Positions 1-7,601 of a stretch of 20,000 nucleotides of DNA are shown here, one piece after another. Positions within the stretch are counted from its first letter, which is position 1, and the number at the start of each line of letters is the position of its first letter. The DNA is from an uncultured virus (IMG/VR IMGVR_UViG_3300037343_000250) (Duplodnaviria > Heunggongvirae > Uroviricota > Caudoviricetes), in the IMG/VR virus record IMGVR_UViG_3300037343_000250, positions 51,520-71,519 of that record; one strand, given 5' to 3'. The notes under the pieces were generated by a model. The model did no database searches. It saw only the letters and a program-made list of their open reading frames with translations, and was not told the DNA's origin. The position numbers and the translations under genes were made by a program.

Positions 1-1
1 T

Positions 2-220
2 ATCGGCAAGGGCAGTGATATGCATTCGCAAATAGAGTTTGAAAGAAAATGGTCTATCAAACTAATGAATGATGTATATCAGGGGTTTCTATCAAAAGAT
101 GAAATCCAAAAACTTATAGACGGTAGTGATATATGGATGGATGGCGATGAAGTTGTCAAGCGTCTTGAAGCAAAAAACAAGAAAGATAAACCAAAGTCCA
201 AGAAAAAATCAGAAGAATAA
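2..220 (+). CDS. C-terminal part of a phage ClpP-like protease (5' truncated by window edge)
   Basis: The frame is open from position 2 (IGKGSDMHSQIEFERKWS...FLSKDEIQKLIDGSDIWMDGDEVVKRL). This resembles, from recall, the C-terminus of phage ClpP/crotonase-fold proteases; basic tail. Confidence 0.55.
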   Translation: MGKGSDMHSQIEFERKWSIKLMNDVYQGFLSKDEIQKLIDGSDIWMDGDEVVKRLEAKNKKDKPKSKKKSEE

Positions 221-222
221 AC

Positions 223-294
223 TACAATTTTGATATGTTGTTTGTGTTAGTAGAATTAAATTCCAACCTAGCACAAACAACAACAAAAGATGTA
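223..294 (+). other. Long imperfect intergenic stem-loop
   Basis: TGTTGTTTGTGTTAG (236-250) pairs with CTAGCACAAACAACA (268-282) with one U.G pair. Extendable by TTTTG/CAAAA (228-232/284-288) and TACA/TGTA (223-226/291-294). Confidence 0.75.
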
Positions 295-303
295 TATCCC
301 CTA

Positions 304-332
304 TTGACAAGCCTCCCAAATTATCATATAAC
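304..332 (+). promoter_or_regulatory. sigma70-type promoter
   Basis: TTGACA-N17-TATAAC; SD AAGGAG 345-350 before ATG 357. Confidence 0.8.
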
Positions 333-356
333 ATAGATAAAGAAAAGGAGATATCA

Positions 357-611
357 ATGCGTATCACTGCTGAAAATATGACTTCTATCGCAATCGGAAC
401 CAAAGTTGTTATGATCTGGGGTGCATACTACCCAACAGAAGAAGGTCTCGTAGTTGATTACAAAATTATGCCACCTTCAAAATTCTTTCCGGCCAAATAT
501 ATGGTTGTTGTAGAAGGTGATAATGGCCGAATCCATGACACAACAGAATTTGTAAGTTCTGGAGTCGGAATTTATCTCGAAAGTGTTTATATGCAACCCA
601 GAAGCTACTAA
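357..611 (+). CDS. hypothetical phage protein (84 aa)
   Basis: ORF with promoter and strong SD. Confidence 0.8.
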   Translation: MRITAENMTSIAIGTKVVMIWGAYYPTEEGLVVDYKIMPPSKFFPAKYMVVVEGDNGRIHDTTEFVSSGVGIYLESVYMQPRSY

Positions 612-621
612 GGAAAACAAA

Positions 622-945
622 ATGGCCGAAAATGATTTGATTGTAGGTATAAATCCACTAGTAATTTCTTCTATTGGCTATATTAGAGGTCATAGAAGCG
701 GAAAGCACCCTAGAAAATTGAGGTTGCTGGGAAATAAGAATCCAATACGAAAGTTTTTTGGTTTTTACGAACAGTCAATTTTTGATATGTGGTGGCATCC
801 TTCTATAAAAATTCATGGTTCTGATGGCAGCACAATCGCAAGTATTTCATGTAAGAGTAATGAACAAGCAAAAATTCGTTCAAAAGAACTTAATAAAAAG
901 CTCGATGATTATGTCTTTTCTTTAAAGCAAAATAATACAAATTAA
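622..945 (+). CDS. hypothetical protein (107 aa)
   Basis: SD AAGGA 610-614 supports ATG 622 rather than 583. Confidence 0.7.
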   Translation: MAENDLIVGINPLVISSIGYIRGHRSGKHPRKLRLLGNKNPIRKFFGFYEQSIFDMWWHPSIKIHGSDGSTIASISCKSNEQAKIRSKELNKKLDDYVFSLKQNNTN

Positions 946-1004
946 GAGTTGACACGCCATAAAATTTAGCACATCATTATAATGAAATAACAAGGATAAT
1001 AAAA

Positions 1005-1178
1005 ATGAAATGTTTTTTTGCTGATAATATAATCATCAATATGAATACAATTTGTGCTCTTGATATCAAAAATGGTATTGTCACAATGATTGGTGGACAT
1101 ACTGTGGCCCTGACTATCAGAGAAACAAAAAATCTTGTTGATGTTCTGACAGAAGTGCATCGTAGAGAATGCATTTAA
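1005..1178 (+). CDS. small hypothetical protein (57 aa), weak LytTR/FlbD-like pattern
   Basis: Translated by hand: MKCFFADNIIINMNTICALDIKNGIVTMIGGHTVALTIRETKNLVDVLTEVHRRECI*. SD AAGGA upstream; below the ORF-track length cutoff. Confidence 0.65.
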   Translation: MKCFFADNIIINMNTICALDIKNGIVTMIGGHTVALTIRETKNLVDVLTEVHRRECI

Positions 1179-1209
1179 AATTGACTGGTGTGTGTAAGGA
1201 GAATTTAAA

Positions 1210-1752
1210 ATGACAAACCCAATTTGCACCGTGATGGTTGGTATGCCCGCGATGGGGAAGTCTACACAAGTTGATCTATTGAAAAAAATAGACCCAGATA
1301 TTTTTGTATACAGTACAGATAACTTCATCGAAGAAGCTGCCCTGCAATTCAATCTTACTTATGATGAAGCGTTCGAAGCAAATATTAAAAATGCAACTTC
1401 GTCAATGAACGCACTTCTTGATATTGCTGCGCAAAACAAACAAAATGTTATCTGGGACCAAACAAATTTAGGACTTGCCAAACGCAAAAAAATCATAAAT
1501 CGTATGAAACAGGCGAATTATGATATTCACTGTCATTGCATTGTTCCACCAGAAGTCAAAGACGTTGACAATTTACATGCTTGGAAATCTCGCCTATTAA
1601 ATCGGATTGGCAAAACTATCCCCATTAACATATTGACAAGCATGTATAATTCTTATATTATTCCATCTATTGATGAAGGGTTTGATATGATTACTTTTGT
1701 CGATATGAATGGAACATTATTGTCTACAAATCATATCGAGTTGCCTTTATGA
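1210..1752 (+). CDS. P-loop kinase (AAA_33 / polynucleotide-kinase-like)
   Basis: Walker A GMPAMGKST, STD motif, VIWDQTNL (D-x-T-N), R..R..K.IP lid; SD AAGGAG. Confidence 0.85.
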   Translation: MTNPICTVMVGMPAMGKSTQVDLLKKIDPDIFVYSTDNFIEEAALQFNLTYDEAFEANIKNATSSMNALLDIAAQNKQNVIWDQTNLGLAKRKKIINRMKQANYDIHCHCIVPPEVKDVDNLHAWKSRLLNRIGKTIPINILTSMYNSYIIPSIDEGFDMITFVDMNGTLLSTNHIELPL

Positions 1753-2069
1753 TGTACAATCCTGATAATTGGGTTGTTGTATATTTTAAAACCGAAAATC
1801 CACACTATAGGGTGGTAGCTGGATGGAGTGGTGGATACACAACAGGCAATAGTTGGAAAATGAGCTCTGGGATTGTTGGTGTTACAATAAACGAAGATAA
1901 GTTTACCTTTACTGGTTACAGTGGTTCTACATACTTATGCCACAAAGACTCATACTGTTTTCGATTGAATAATGCACACGTTTGGGATATGCTTGTAAAA
2001 AAACATGGCGATAATGTAGAAATTGTAGATGAATTTGTTGATTGGAAAAACATGGATTGGATTATATAA
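1749..2069 (+). CDS. conserved phage hypothetical protein (paralog of 9108-9473)
   Basis: ATGA overlap with the kinase; motif DNWV..PHYRV..G.SGGY..G.SW.M.SGI. Confidence 0.8.
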   Translation: MMYNPDNWVVVYFKTENPHYRVVAGWSGGYTTGNSWKMSSGIVGVTINEDKFTFTGYSGSTYLCHKDSYCFRLNNAHVWDMLVKKHGDNVEIVDEFVDWKNMDWII

Positions 2070-2095
2070 TGTGGAGTAAAATACAAAATTAGTGC

Positions 2096-2124
2096 TTGCG
2101 CGGTACTACCATAAATGCTATAAC
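2096..2124 (+). promoter_or_regulatory. sigma70-type promoter, extended -10
   Basis: TTGCGC-N17-TATAAC with TG at 2116-2117; SD AGGAG 2144-2148. Confidence 0.65.
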
Positions 2125-2154
2125 TAACACACAGGTAAAACACAGGAGACGAAA

Positions 2155-2454
2155 GTGGGACGCATTATTACTCCAACCTACCGCGCCGAATACAGAGACC
2201 AAGCTGGATGGCATGTGATTGCGTGGAATGTCCGAGGCGGCGTCAACAGCACGGCGAACGGTGCACCGACTGATAAAAACGCAGAGATCATGCGCCGCAA
2301 TCTGAACGCCAGCTTTGAGCAGAACGGCTGTAACTATCACGCGTCGGTTGCAGCAGGATACCTCATCCATGTTAGTCAGGTTCGCCTAATCCATCAAGCA
2401 ACAGGCCAACAAGTTGCCAATATCGCCGCGCCCATGTTCGAAATTTTTAACTAG
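2155..2454 (+). CDS. hypothetical protein (99 aa), GC-rich relative to flanks
   Basis: GTG start with SD AGGAG; 2221-2280 is 36/60 G+C by hand count. Confidence 0.75.
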   Translation: MGRIITPTYRAEYRDQAGWHVIAWNVRGGVNSTANGAPTDKNAEIMRRNLNASFEQNGCNYHASVAAGYLIHVSQVRLIHQATGQQVANIAAPMFEIFN

Positions 2455-2481
2455 TTATATGTGAAATACATGTTGACTTAC
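2445..2481 (+). repeat. 37-bp direct repeat, copy 1
   Basis: TTTTAACTAGTTATATGTGAAATACATGTTGACTTAC, 36/37 identical to 3367-3403. Confidence 0.95.
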
Positions 2482-2488
2482 TGGATGG

Positions 2489-2510
2489 AAAAAAGAAACC
2501 CCTTGGGGGT
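2489..2510 (-). terminator. short GC hairpin with U-tract on the minus strand (possible terminator)
   Basis: Minus strand reads ACCCC-CAA-GGGGT-TTCTTTTTT. Confidence 0.45.
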
Positions 2511-2600
2511 GTAGACTTTCATTAGAAGAAGAAGAGTGGTATTGTGATGATTGTCCTGTACAAGAACAATGCCCAGCTCAAAAACATTGGAGTAAATAAT

Positions 2601-3386
2601 ATGAAAAATGATCTATTTGGTGATCGTATGAAAGAGTACGAAAAGGTATATACATCAGCAAGAATTTCACAACCAGACATCTTATGTGTTAGGATAGATG
2701 GAAAGCGATTTAGTAAGTTCACCAAAGGTTTTATCAAACCCTTTGACATTAATCTTAATAGGGTTATGGTAGATACAACTATGCAAATTGCAACAGAAAC
2801 AAATGCAAAATTTGCGTATACACAGTCAGATGAGATCACTTTGATCTACTCAATGGATAACCCAGAAGCAGAATATATTTTTGGCGGCAAAGTATCTAAA
2901 ATAAACTCTATACTTGCATCTATGACTACTGCATATTTTAACGCAGAAATACTAAAAGTTGCCCCTACACAAATGGCAGGCAATGGCTATGCATTCTTTG
3001 ATTGTAGATCCTTTGCGGTCCCATCTTTAATCGAAGCTTCTAATGTAATTTTGTGGCGTGTTCAAGATGCAAAGAAAAATAGTATCTCATCGCTGTTCAG
3101 ATGGACAGCGGGGCATAAAAAAATGCAAAATTTATCTGGAAAGGATATGATTAGAGTTTTGGAGAAAGATTTTACTGTTGTATGGGATAATTTGCCCAAT
3201 GCTCAAAAATACGGGACATACATCAAACCTGTGTCCCATGATATCTGTATAACACCCAAAAAACTATATAATGGCACGAATAAAATCCAAACTGTCAAAA
3301 GAAAAAAATACGAAGAAATTGATTTGGGGTATTTCGGTGGGTATTCACTCGAAGAAAGAGTAGAACTTTTAACTAGTCATATGTGA
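2601..3386 (+). CDS. thg1: tRNA(His) guanylyltransferase Thg1-like protein (3'-5' polymerase)
   Basis: Motifs GDRMKEYE, VRIDGKRFSKFT, YTQSDEITL, FGGKVSKINS, FDCR. SD GGAG 2589-2592 favours ATG 2601. Confidence 0.92.
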   Translation: MKNDLFGDRMKEYEKVYTSARISQPDILCVRIDGKRFSKFTKGFIKPFDINLNRVMVDTTMQIATETNAKFAYTQSDEITLIYSMDNPEAEYIFGGKVSKINSILASMTTAYFNAEILKVAPTQMAGNGYAFFDCRSFAVPSLIEASNVILWRVQDAKKNSISSLFRWTAGHKKMQNLSGKDMIRVLEKDFTVVWDNLPNAQKYGTYIKPVSHDICITPKKLYNGTNKIQTVKRKKYEEIDLGYFGGYSLEERVELLTSHM

Positions 3387-3403
3387 AATACATGTTGACT
3401 TAC
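3367..3403 (+). repeat. 37-bp direct repeat, copy 2
   Basis: TTTTAACTAGTCATATGTGAAATACATGTTGACTTAC; contains the Thg1 stop codon and a -35 box. Confidence 0.95.
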
Positions 3404-3423
3404 ACCCATTTTAGATATATAAA
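3395..3423 (+). promoter_or_regulatory. sigma70-type promoter
   Basis: TTGACT-N17-TATAAA; SD AAGGA before ATG 3455. Confidence 0.65.
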
Positions 3424-3454
3424 GTAATTCTAATGACAAATAAAGGAACACACC

Positions 3455-3628
3455 ATGAAACTAACTTTTGGAATACTGCTTATCGTTTTTGTTGCGGTTA
3501 TGCCGCTTGTATTGATCTGGGCAGTTAATACCCTATTCCCAGTTGCTGCTATCCCGTTCGTATTTGAGACTTGGTTGGCCGCGCTTGTAATCGGCGGCAT
3601 GTTTAGTAAAAACACGGCTGGTAAATAA
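3455..3628 (+). CDS. small membrane protein (57 aa, about 2 TM segments)
   Basis: Translated by hand: MKLTFGILLIVFVAVMPLVLIWAVNTLFPVAAIPFVFETWLAALVIGGMFSKNTAGK*. Has SD and promoter. Confidence 0.8.
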   Translation: MKLTFGILLIVFVAVMPLVLIWAVNTLFPVAAIPFVFETWLAALVIGGMFSKNTAGK

Positions 3629-3632
3629 CAGG

Positions 3633-3674
3633 CTGACACTGCCCTATTGTGATGCTATTGTTAAACAGTAGGGC
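3633..3674 (+). promoter_or_regulatory. sigma70-type promoter with -10 inside a hairpin loop
   Basis: CTGACA-N17-TATTGT with TG extension; arms GCCCTATTGT 3641-3650 / ACAGTAGGGC 3665-3674. Confidence 0.65.
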
Positions 3675-3700
3675 GAAAACATATCAAAGGAAAACACGCT

Positions 3701-3817
3701 ATGACATACTTTCTGATTATACTTATTACACCTATTATTGCACTTGCAGTAGGTTATTTTTATGGACACGACAATACCGAGCCAGTTTTTGACTTGCAAA
3801 ATGAGAAAGATATCTGA
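3701..3817 (+). CDS. small single-TM protein (38 aa)
   Basis: MTYFLIILITPIIALAVGYFYGHDNTEPVFDLQNEKDI*; SD AAGGA; stop is 1 nt before the next ATG. Confidence 0.65.
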   Translation: MTYFLIILITPIIALAVGYFYGHDNTEPVFDLQNEKDI

Positions 3818-3818
3818 C

Positions 3819-3959
3819 ATGTTTAATTTTTTACTTTTGTTGTTTGTCGTTTTTAGTATTGGCATGGCGGCTTTCACTTTTTCAAAATGTGGTTCGCGTA
3901 CATTGATGCTAGGAAATGGCGGTGCTTATGCAGCATTTAGTGGTATGTGCGACAATTAA
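3819..3959 (+). CDS. small membrane protein (46 aa)
   Basis: MFNFLLLLFVVFSIGMAAFTFSKCG...; TGA-C-ATG coupling to the upstream ORF. Confidence 0.6.
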   Translation: MFNFLLLLFVVFSIGMAAFTFSKCGSRTLMLGNGGAYAAFSGMCDN

Positions 3960-3973
3960 AACTAAATTGGTGC

Positions 3974-4008
3974 TTGACAGGATACGGATTAATTGATAAT
4001 CTGTATTC
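3974..4008 (+). promoter_or_regulatory. sigma70-type promoter overlapped by a 12-bp hairpin
   Basis: TTGACA-N17-TAATCT with TG extension; arms GGATACGGATTA 3980-3991 / TAATCTGTATTC 3997-4008. Confidence 0.7.
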
Positions 4009-4035
4009 ATAAGGTAACACAAAAAGGAACGAAAC

Positions 4036-4377
4036 ATGTCTTACATCTCAAAAGAAATGAAGTCTGTCCGTATGCCAAACATCAAAGCCGTACTGAAAAA
4101 GTATGACATGAAAGGTACTGTTTCTATACCTAACAATTCTAAGATAGTCGTTACACTTACTTCAGGTAAGGTTAATATTGGCGAAAATGTAAATGTTTAC
4201 AACATTGATTATAACTTTAAAGGTGTTGCAAAAGACTTTTTGAACGAACTTGTTGCCGCAATGAAAGGCAGCGATTGGTATGATAATTCCGAAGTCAATA
4301 GCGATTACTTTGATGTCGCATTTTATTACGGTATTGATGTAGGTAGGTGGCCTAAGAAATTCGTACTTACAGAGTAA
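4036..4377 (+). CDS. conserved phage hypothetical protein (113 aa)
   Basis: SD AAGGA. The C-terminal WYDNS....DYFDVA.Y..I.VG.W motif is recalled from a widespread phage early-protein family. Confidence 0.8.
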   Translation: MSYISKEMKSVRMPNIKAVLKKYDMKGTVSIPNNSKIVVTLTSGKVNIGENVNVYNIDYNFKGVAKDFLNELVAAMKGSDWYDNSEVNSDYFDVAFYYGIDVGRWPKKFVLTE

Positions 4378-4405
4378 TTTTAACATGAAATTAATGAGGG
4401 CTTGA

Positions 4406-6403
4406 ATGTCAAACTTCCTAACGTTTTCTAAACTGGTGCGCAAACAATTTGATATGATGTCAAAAGGCGAGCTATTTACCACAGATATTGATACAGATGT
4501 TCTTTGGAATGCTTATCTAGGAGCATTTCCACAAGGTACTGATCCTATTTTTAAAGAGCGCACAGAACATGATTGTAACTGCTGCAAACAATTTATTGCC
4601 AATATTGCAAATGCAGTATCTATTAAAGATGGTGTAATGACAACAGTTTGGGATGCCGCTATTGTAGATGCACCTCATCCATATGACGTAGTATCTGCGA
4701 CAATGGCAGAAATTGTTCGGTCAAGCAATGTGAAAAATATTTTTCGCAAATCCGAAGCACGTTATGGTCAAGAAGTAAGCTACCAACAAATTGAGAATAA
4801 TGATGTGAAACAGTGGCATCATTTTGAAGCAGAACTAAAATGCAAATTTGTTTCTGCTGAAGGCCCAACTCTCATGTCAGTCGCAAAATCAAATGTGCAT
4901 GTTTTTCAGCGTGGGTTAGACGAGCTAAGTATGTCTGCAATTGATTCTGTATTGGATCTTATCAAATCTAACAGCATCTATCGTGGGCAAGAGTTTCAAT
5001 CCATCATGGAACAGTTTAAACATTTTAAAGAGCAGTACGGAAAGCTTAATTCAGACCAATCTAAAAATTCATATGTATGGGAACACTTTTCTAATTTTGC
5101 ATCCCGTCTTCGCAACACTGTAATTGGTTCGCTGGTTCAAGATTTGACAGAAGGCGTTGATTTAGAACAGGCTGTGCGGATGTACGAGTCGAAAGTGGCA
5201 CCTGACACTTATAAGCGTACTACATCACTTATCACGCCAAATATGATCAAAGAAGCAATGAAAACTGTTGATGATTTGGGCATTGGTGAAAGCCTAAAGC
5301 GTCGTTTTGCGAATCTATCTGATATCAGCGTAAACGATGTTTTGTTTGTAGATACGAAGGCTCGTGATCAGATGAAAGATGGCGGGATTGCGGATCTTCT
5401 AATGAAAGAAGTAAAACCACAGAAAAAAGCTACACAACATAAAATTGAAATTGGCATTTCAGAATTTATCAACACTGTAATTCCACGTTCCGAATCTATG
5501 GAATTGCTGTTGAAAAATGAATTGTCGGAAAATCTTATGAGTTTGACAGCACCTATCAATGAAGATGCACAAAACATTTTTAAATGGGATAACAACCTAT
5601 CTTGGTCATATAATGGTAATGTTGCTGATTCTATCAAAGAAAAGGTGAAGCGCGCGGGGGGTAATGTAGATGCTCAGATGCGCGTAAGCCTGAATTGGTT
5701 TAATACAGATGATTTGGATATCTATGTAACTGAACCAAATGGCAATCGCATTTATTTTAGTAACAAATCAAATAAGCTTGATGTTGATATGAATGTCAGT
5801 AATCCTGTTTGTGATGCGGTGGAGAACGTTCGGTGGTTGACTACGCCTAGTGATGGGTGTTATAGTGTTATGGTCAATAATTTTACCAAACGGGAATCTA
5901 TTGATGTGGGATTCAATCTTGAAGTAGAATCACATGGTAAGATTTATGAGTTTTCTTATCCTAAAGGGGTACAAGGTAATGTAAAATCTATCGAGATTTA
6001 TGTTAAGAATGGTGAAATTGTTTCAATTGATAAGCATTCCGGCATCCAAGAAAATTCTGCGTGCAGAGAAATTTGGAATTTGAAAACAGAAACATTCGTA
6101 AAAGTCAATACTATTGCTACCAGCCCAAACTATATGGATGAAAATGGTTCGGGGAATAAGCACTGGTTTTTTGTGCTTGATGATTGTATCAATCCAGATG
6201 AGACAAGAGGATTCTACAACGAACAATTGCGCACCGACCTAACAAAACATCGCAAAGTGTTTGAAATCCTTGCAGACAAACTAAAATGCGAGTATACTAC
6301 AAAGCAGATGAGCGGCGTCGGTTTTTCTTCTACCAAAAAGAATTCTGTTGTTGTTCATGCTAAAGGCGAAAAACTTAATCAACTCTATAAAATAAACTTT
6401 TGA
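4406..6403 (+). CDS. large conserved phage protein (665 aa) with HDCxCC motif and YfaP/DUF2135-like domain
   Basis: EHDCNCCKQF near the N-terminus; RVSLNWFNTDDLDIYVTEPNG...LDVD...AVENV resembles YfaP-like domains. Confidence 0.8.
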   Translation: MSNFLTFSKLVRKQFDMMSKGELFTTDIDTDVLWNAYLGAFPQGTDPIFKERTEHDCNCCKQFIANIANAVSIKDGVMTTVWDAAIVDAPHPYDVVSATMAEIVRSSNVKNIFRKSEARYGQEVSYQQIENNDVKQWHHFEAELKCKFVSAEGPTLMSVAKSNVHVFQRGLDELSMSAIDSVLDLIKSNSIYRGQEFQSIMEQFKHFKEQYGKLNSDQSKNSYVWEHFSNFASRLRNTVIGSLVQDLTEGVDLEQAVRMYESKVAPDTYKRTTSLITPNMIKEAMKTVDDLGIGESLKRRFANLSDISVNDVLFVDTKARDQMKDGGIADLLMKEVKPQKKATQHKIEIGISEFINTVIPRSESMELLLKNELSENLMSLTAPINEDAQNIFKWDNNLSWSYNGNVADSIKEKVKRAGGNVDAQMRVSLNWFNTDDLDIYVTEPNGNRIYFSNKSNKLDVDMNVSNPVCDAVENVRWLTTPSDGCYSVMVNNFTKRESIDVGFNLEVESHGKIYEFSYPKGVQGNVKSIEIYVKNGEIVSIDKHSGIQENSACREIWNLKTETFVKVNTIATSPNYMDENGSGNKHWFFVLDDCINPDETRGFYNEQLRTDLTKHRKVFEILADKLKCEYTTKQMSGVGFSSTKKNSVVVHAKGEKLNQLYKINF

Positions 6404-6414
6404 AGGGAAATAAT

Positions 6415-6813
6415 ATGAATATTTTTGAAAATGCTACACGTCGTAAATTCGGGTTCACTTCAGTTGTGGGGGTTCTTACTGTGACAGAATTGTGGGATTT
6501 GCCGCTTACATCTGCGCGCGGCGCAAACTTAAATGATGTTGCAAAGGCTATCAATCGTGATTTGAAAATGCAAGAAGAAGATACTTTTGTCTCAACTTCT
6601 GTAAACACCAAACGTGCAGTAGACGAACAGAAGCTCGAATTGGTCAAATATATCATTGCTGTAAAGCAACAAGAAAACGCCCAACGTATTGAATCTGCCG
6701 AAAAAGCAAAACGTAAAGAGCAATTGCTTACACTTTTGGCAAAAAGGAAAGATCAAATTCTGGAAAATAAGACACTGGAAGAAATTCAGGCAGAATTGGC
6801 TACATTGGACTGA
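6415..6813 (+). CDS. conserved phage coiled-coil protein (132 aa), neighbour of the 665-aa gene
   Basis: MNIFE.ATR.K..F....G.LTV.ELWDLPLTS motif; charged helical C-terminus; SD GAAGGGA. Confidence 0.8.
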   Translation: MNIFENATRRKFGFTSVVGVLTVTELWDLPLTSARGANLNDVAKAINRDLKMQEEDTFVSTSVNTKRAVDEQKLELVKYIIAVKQQENAQRIESAEKAKRKEQLLTLLAKRKDQILENKTLEEIQAELATLD

Positions 6814-6818
6814 TTATA

Positions 6819-6843
6819 GGGGCAGACTAAATTAGTCTGCCCC
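6819..6843 (+). terminator. GC-rich perfect hairpin without U-tract (terminator or stabilising stem)
   Basis: GGGGCAGACTAA-A-TTAGTCTGCCCC, just after the stop at 6813. Confidence 0.6.
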
Positions 6844-6871
6844 ACCACCAACCGCAACAAAGGACATAATT

Positions 6872-7147
6872 ATGGAAAAGAAAAAAATTAGCATTGTAAT
6901 TTCCGGTGCTACTGGGGCCGGAAAATCCACAGTTGCCGCCTATATTATGAAGGCATTTAGTGATGCTAAAGTAGAAGTCAAATTTCTAGACGAAGATCTT
7001 TCTTCTATCGAGCACAAAAATCTATTTGCCGAGCAAAGTAGACTAGAAGCAGTACTTTCCAATGTTGCTATATCACTAGAGACAAAACAGTTAAAACTAA
7101 TTGGCTGTGTTAGAGGGTTCTGCATTGCCAAGGATGTAATTGAATGA
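6872..7147 (+). CDS. small P-loop protein (91 aa)
   Basis: IVISGATGAGKST Walker A; SD AAGGA. Confidence 0.7.
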   Translation: MEKKKISIVISGATGAGKSTVAAYIMKAFSDAKVEVKFLDEDLSSIEHKNLFAEQSRLEAVLSNVAISLETKQLKLIGCVRGFCIAKDVIE

Positions 7148-7302
7148 ATGAACATCATAGTAAATTATTATTATTTTTGCTGGCAGCAGAAAACAATGAT
7201 CCCACTATGCGTTTTGGGGTCTATACTATCCATGAAGCTATCAATAGTCTTGCATCAATACTCGAAACCACTCCAGACAAATTACGAAAATCGTTAGAAT
7301 AA
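7144..7302 (+). CDS. small hypothetical protein (52 aa)
   Basis: ATGA overlap; MNEHHSKLLLFLLAAENNDPTMRFGVYTIHEAINSLASILETTPDKLRKSLE*. Confidence 0.6.
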   Translation: MNEHHSKLLLFLLAAENNDPTMRFGVYTIHEAINSLASILETTPDKLRKSLE

Positions 7303-7325
7303 AATTTTATTAGTTATCAAAGCTA

Positions 7326-7363
7326 TTGACAGTGCAGTAAAAATAGTATAATTTTTTATTGTA
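7326..7363 (+). promoter_or_regulatory. sigma70-type promoter with TATAAT in a hairpin loop
   Basis: TTGACA 7326, then TATAAT 7347-7352 (N15) or TAATTT (N17); arms TGCAGTAAAAA 7333-7343 / TTTTTATTGTA 7353-7363. Confidence 0.65.
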
Positions 7364-7390
7364 ACCAAAGTAAACAGAAAGAGACTTAAA

Positions 7391-7558
7391 ATGAATGCTG
7401 ATGAATTATCTGAGCTACTTAGCGAAAACTTCGCGTTGGATGTGGAAGTAATCCAAGGTTTTAATTGTAACGAAATACGGGTGCGTATTCGTAATATAAA
7501 CACGGGACGTGATGTTCTAACAACCTCTGCTTATTTGCCAGACCCCGAACACCAATAG
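7391..7558 (+). CDS. small hypothetical protein (55 aa)
   Basis: MNADELSELLSENFALDVEVIQGFNCNEIRVRIRNINTGRDVLTTSAYLPDPEHQ*; lies downstream of a promoter. Confidence 0.65.
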   Translation: MNADELSELLSENFALDVEVIQGFNCNEIRVRIRNINTGRDVLTTSAYLPDPEHQ

Positions 7559-7601
7559 TAGAAGTGACACAGTTAATACATTAAAATAGATAGGAAAAAT
7601 A

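Noticed and set aside
949..983. TTGACA...TATAAT promoter
   Set aside because: The spacer is 23 nt and the N17 alternative (CATCAT) is poor, so it was not called.
2445..3403. CRISPR array or IS element from the 37-bp repeats
   Set aside because: Only two copies, about 920 bp apart, with no spacers, terminal inverted repeats or transposase.
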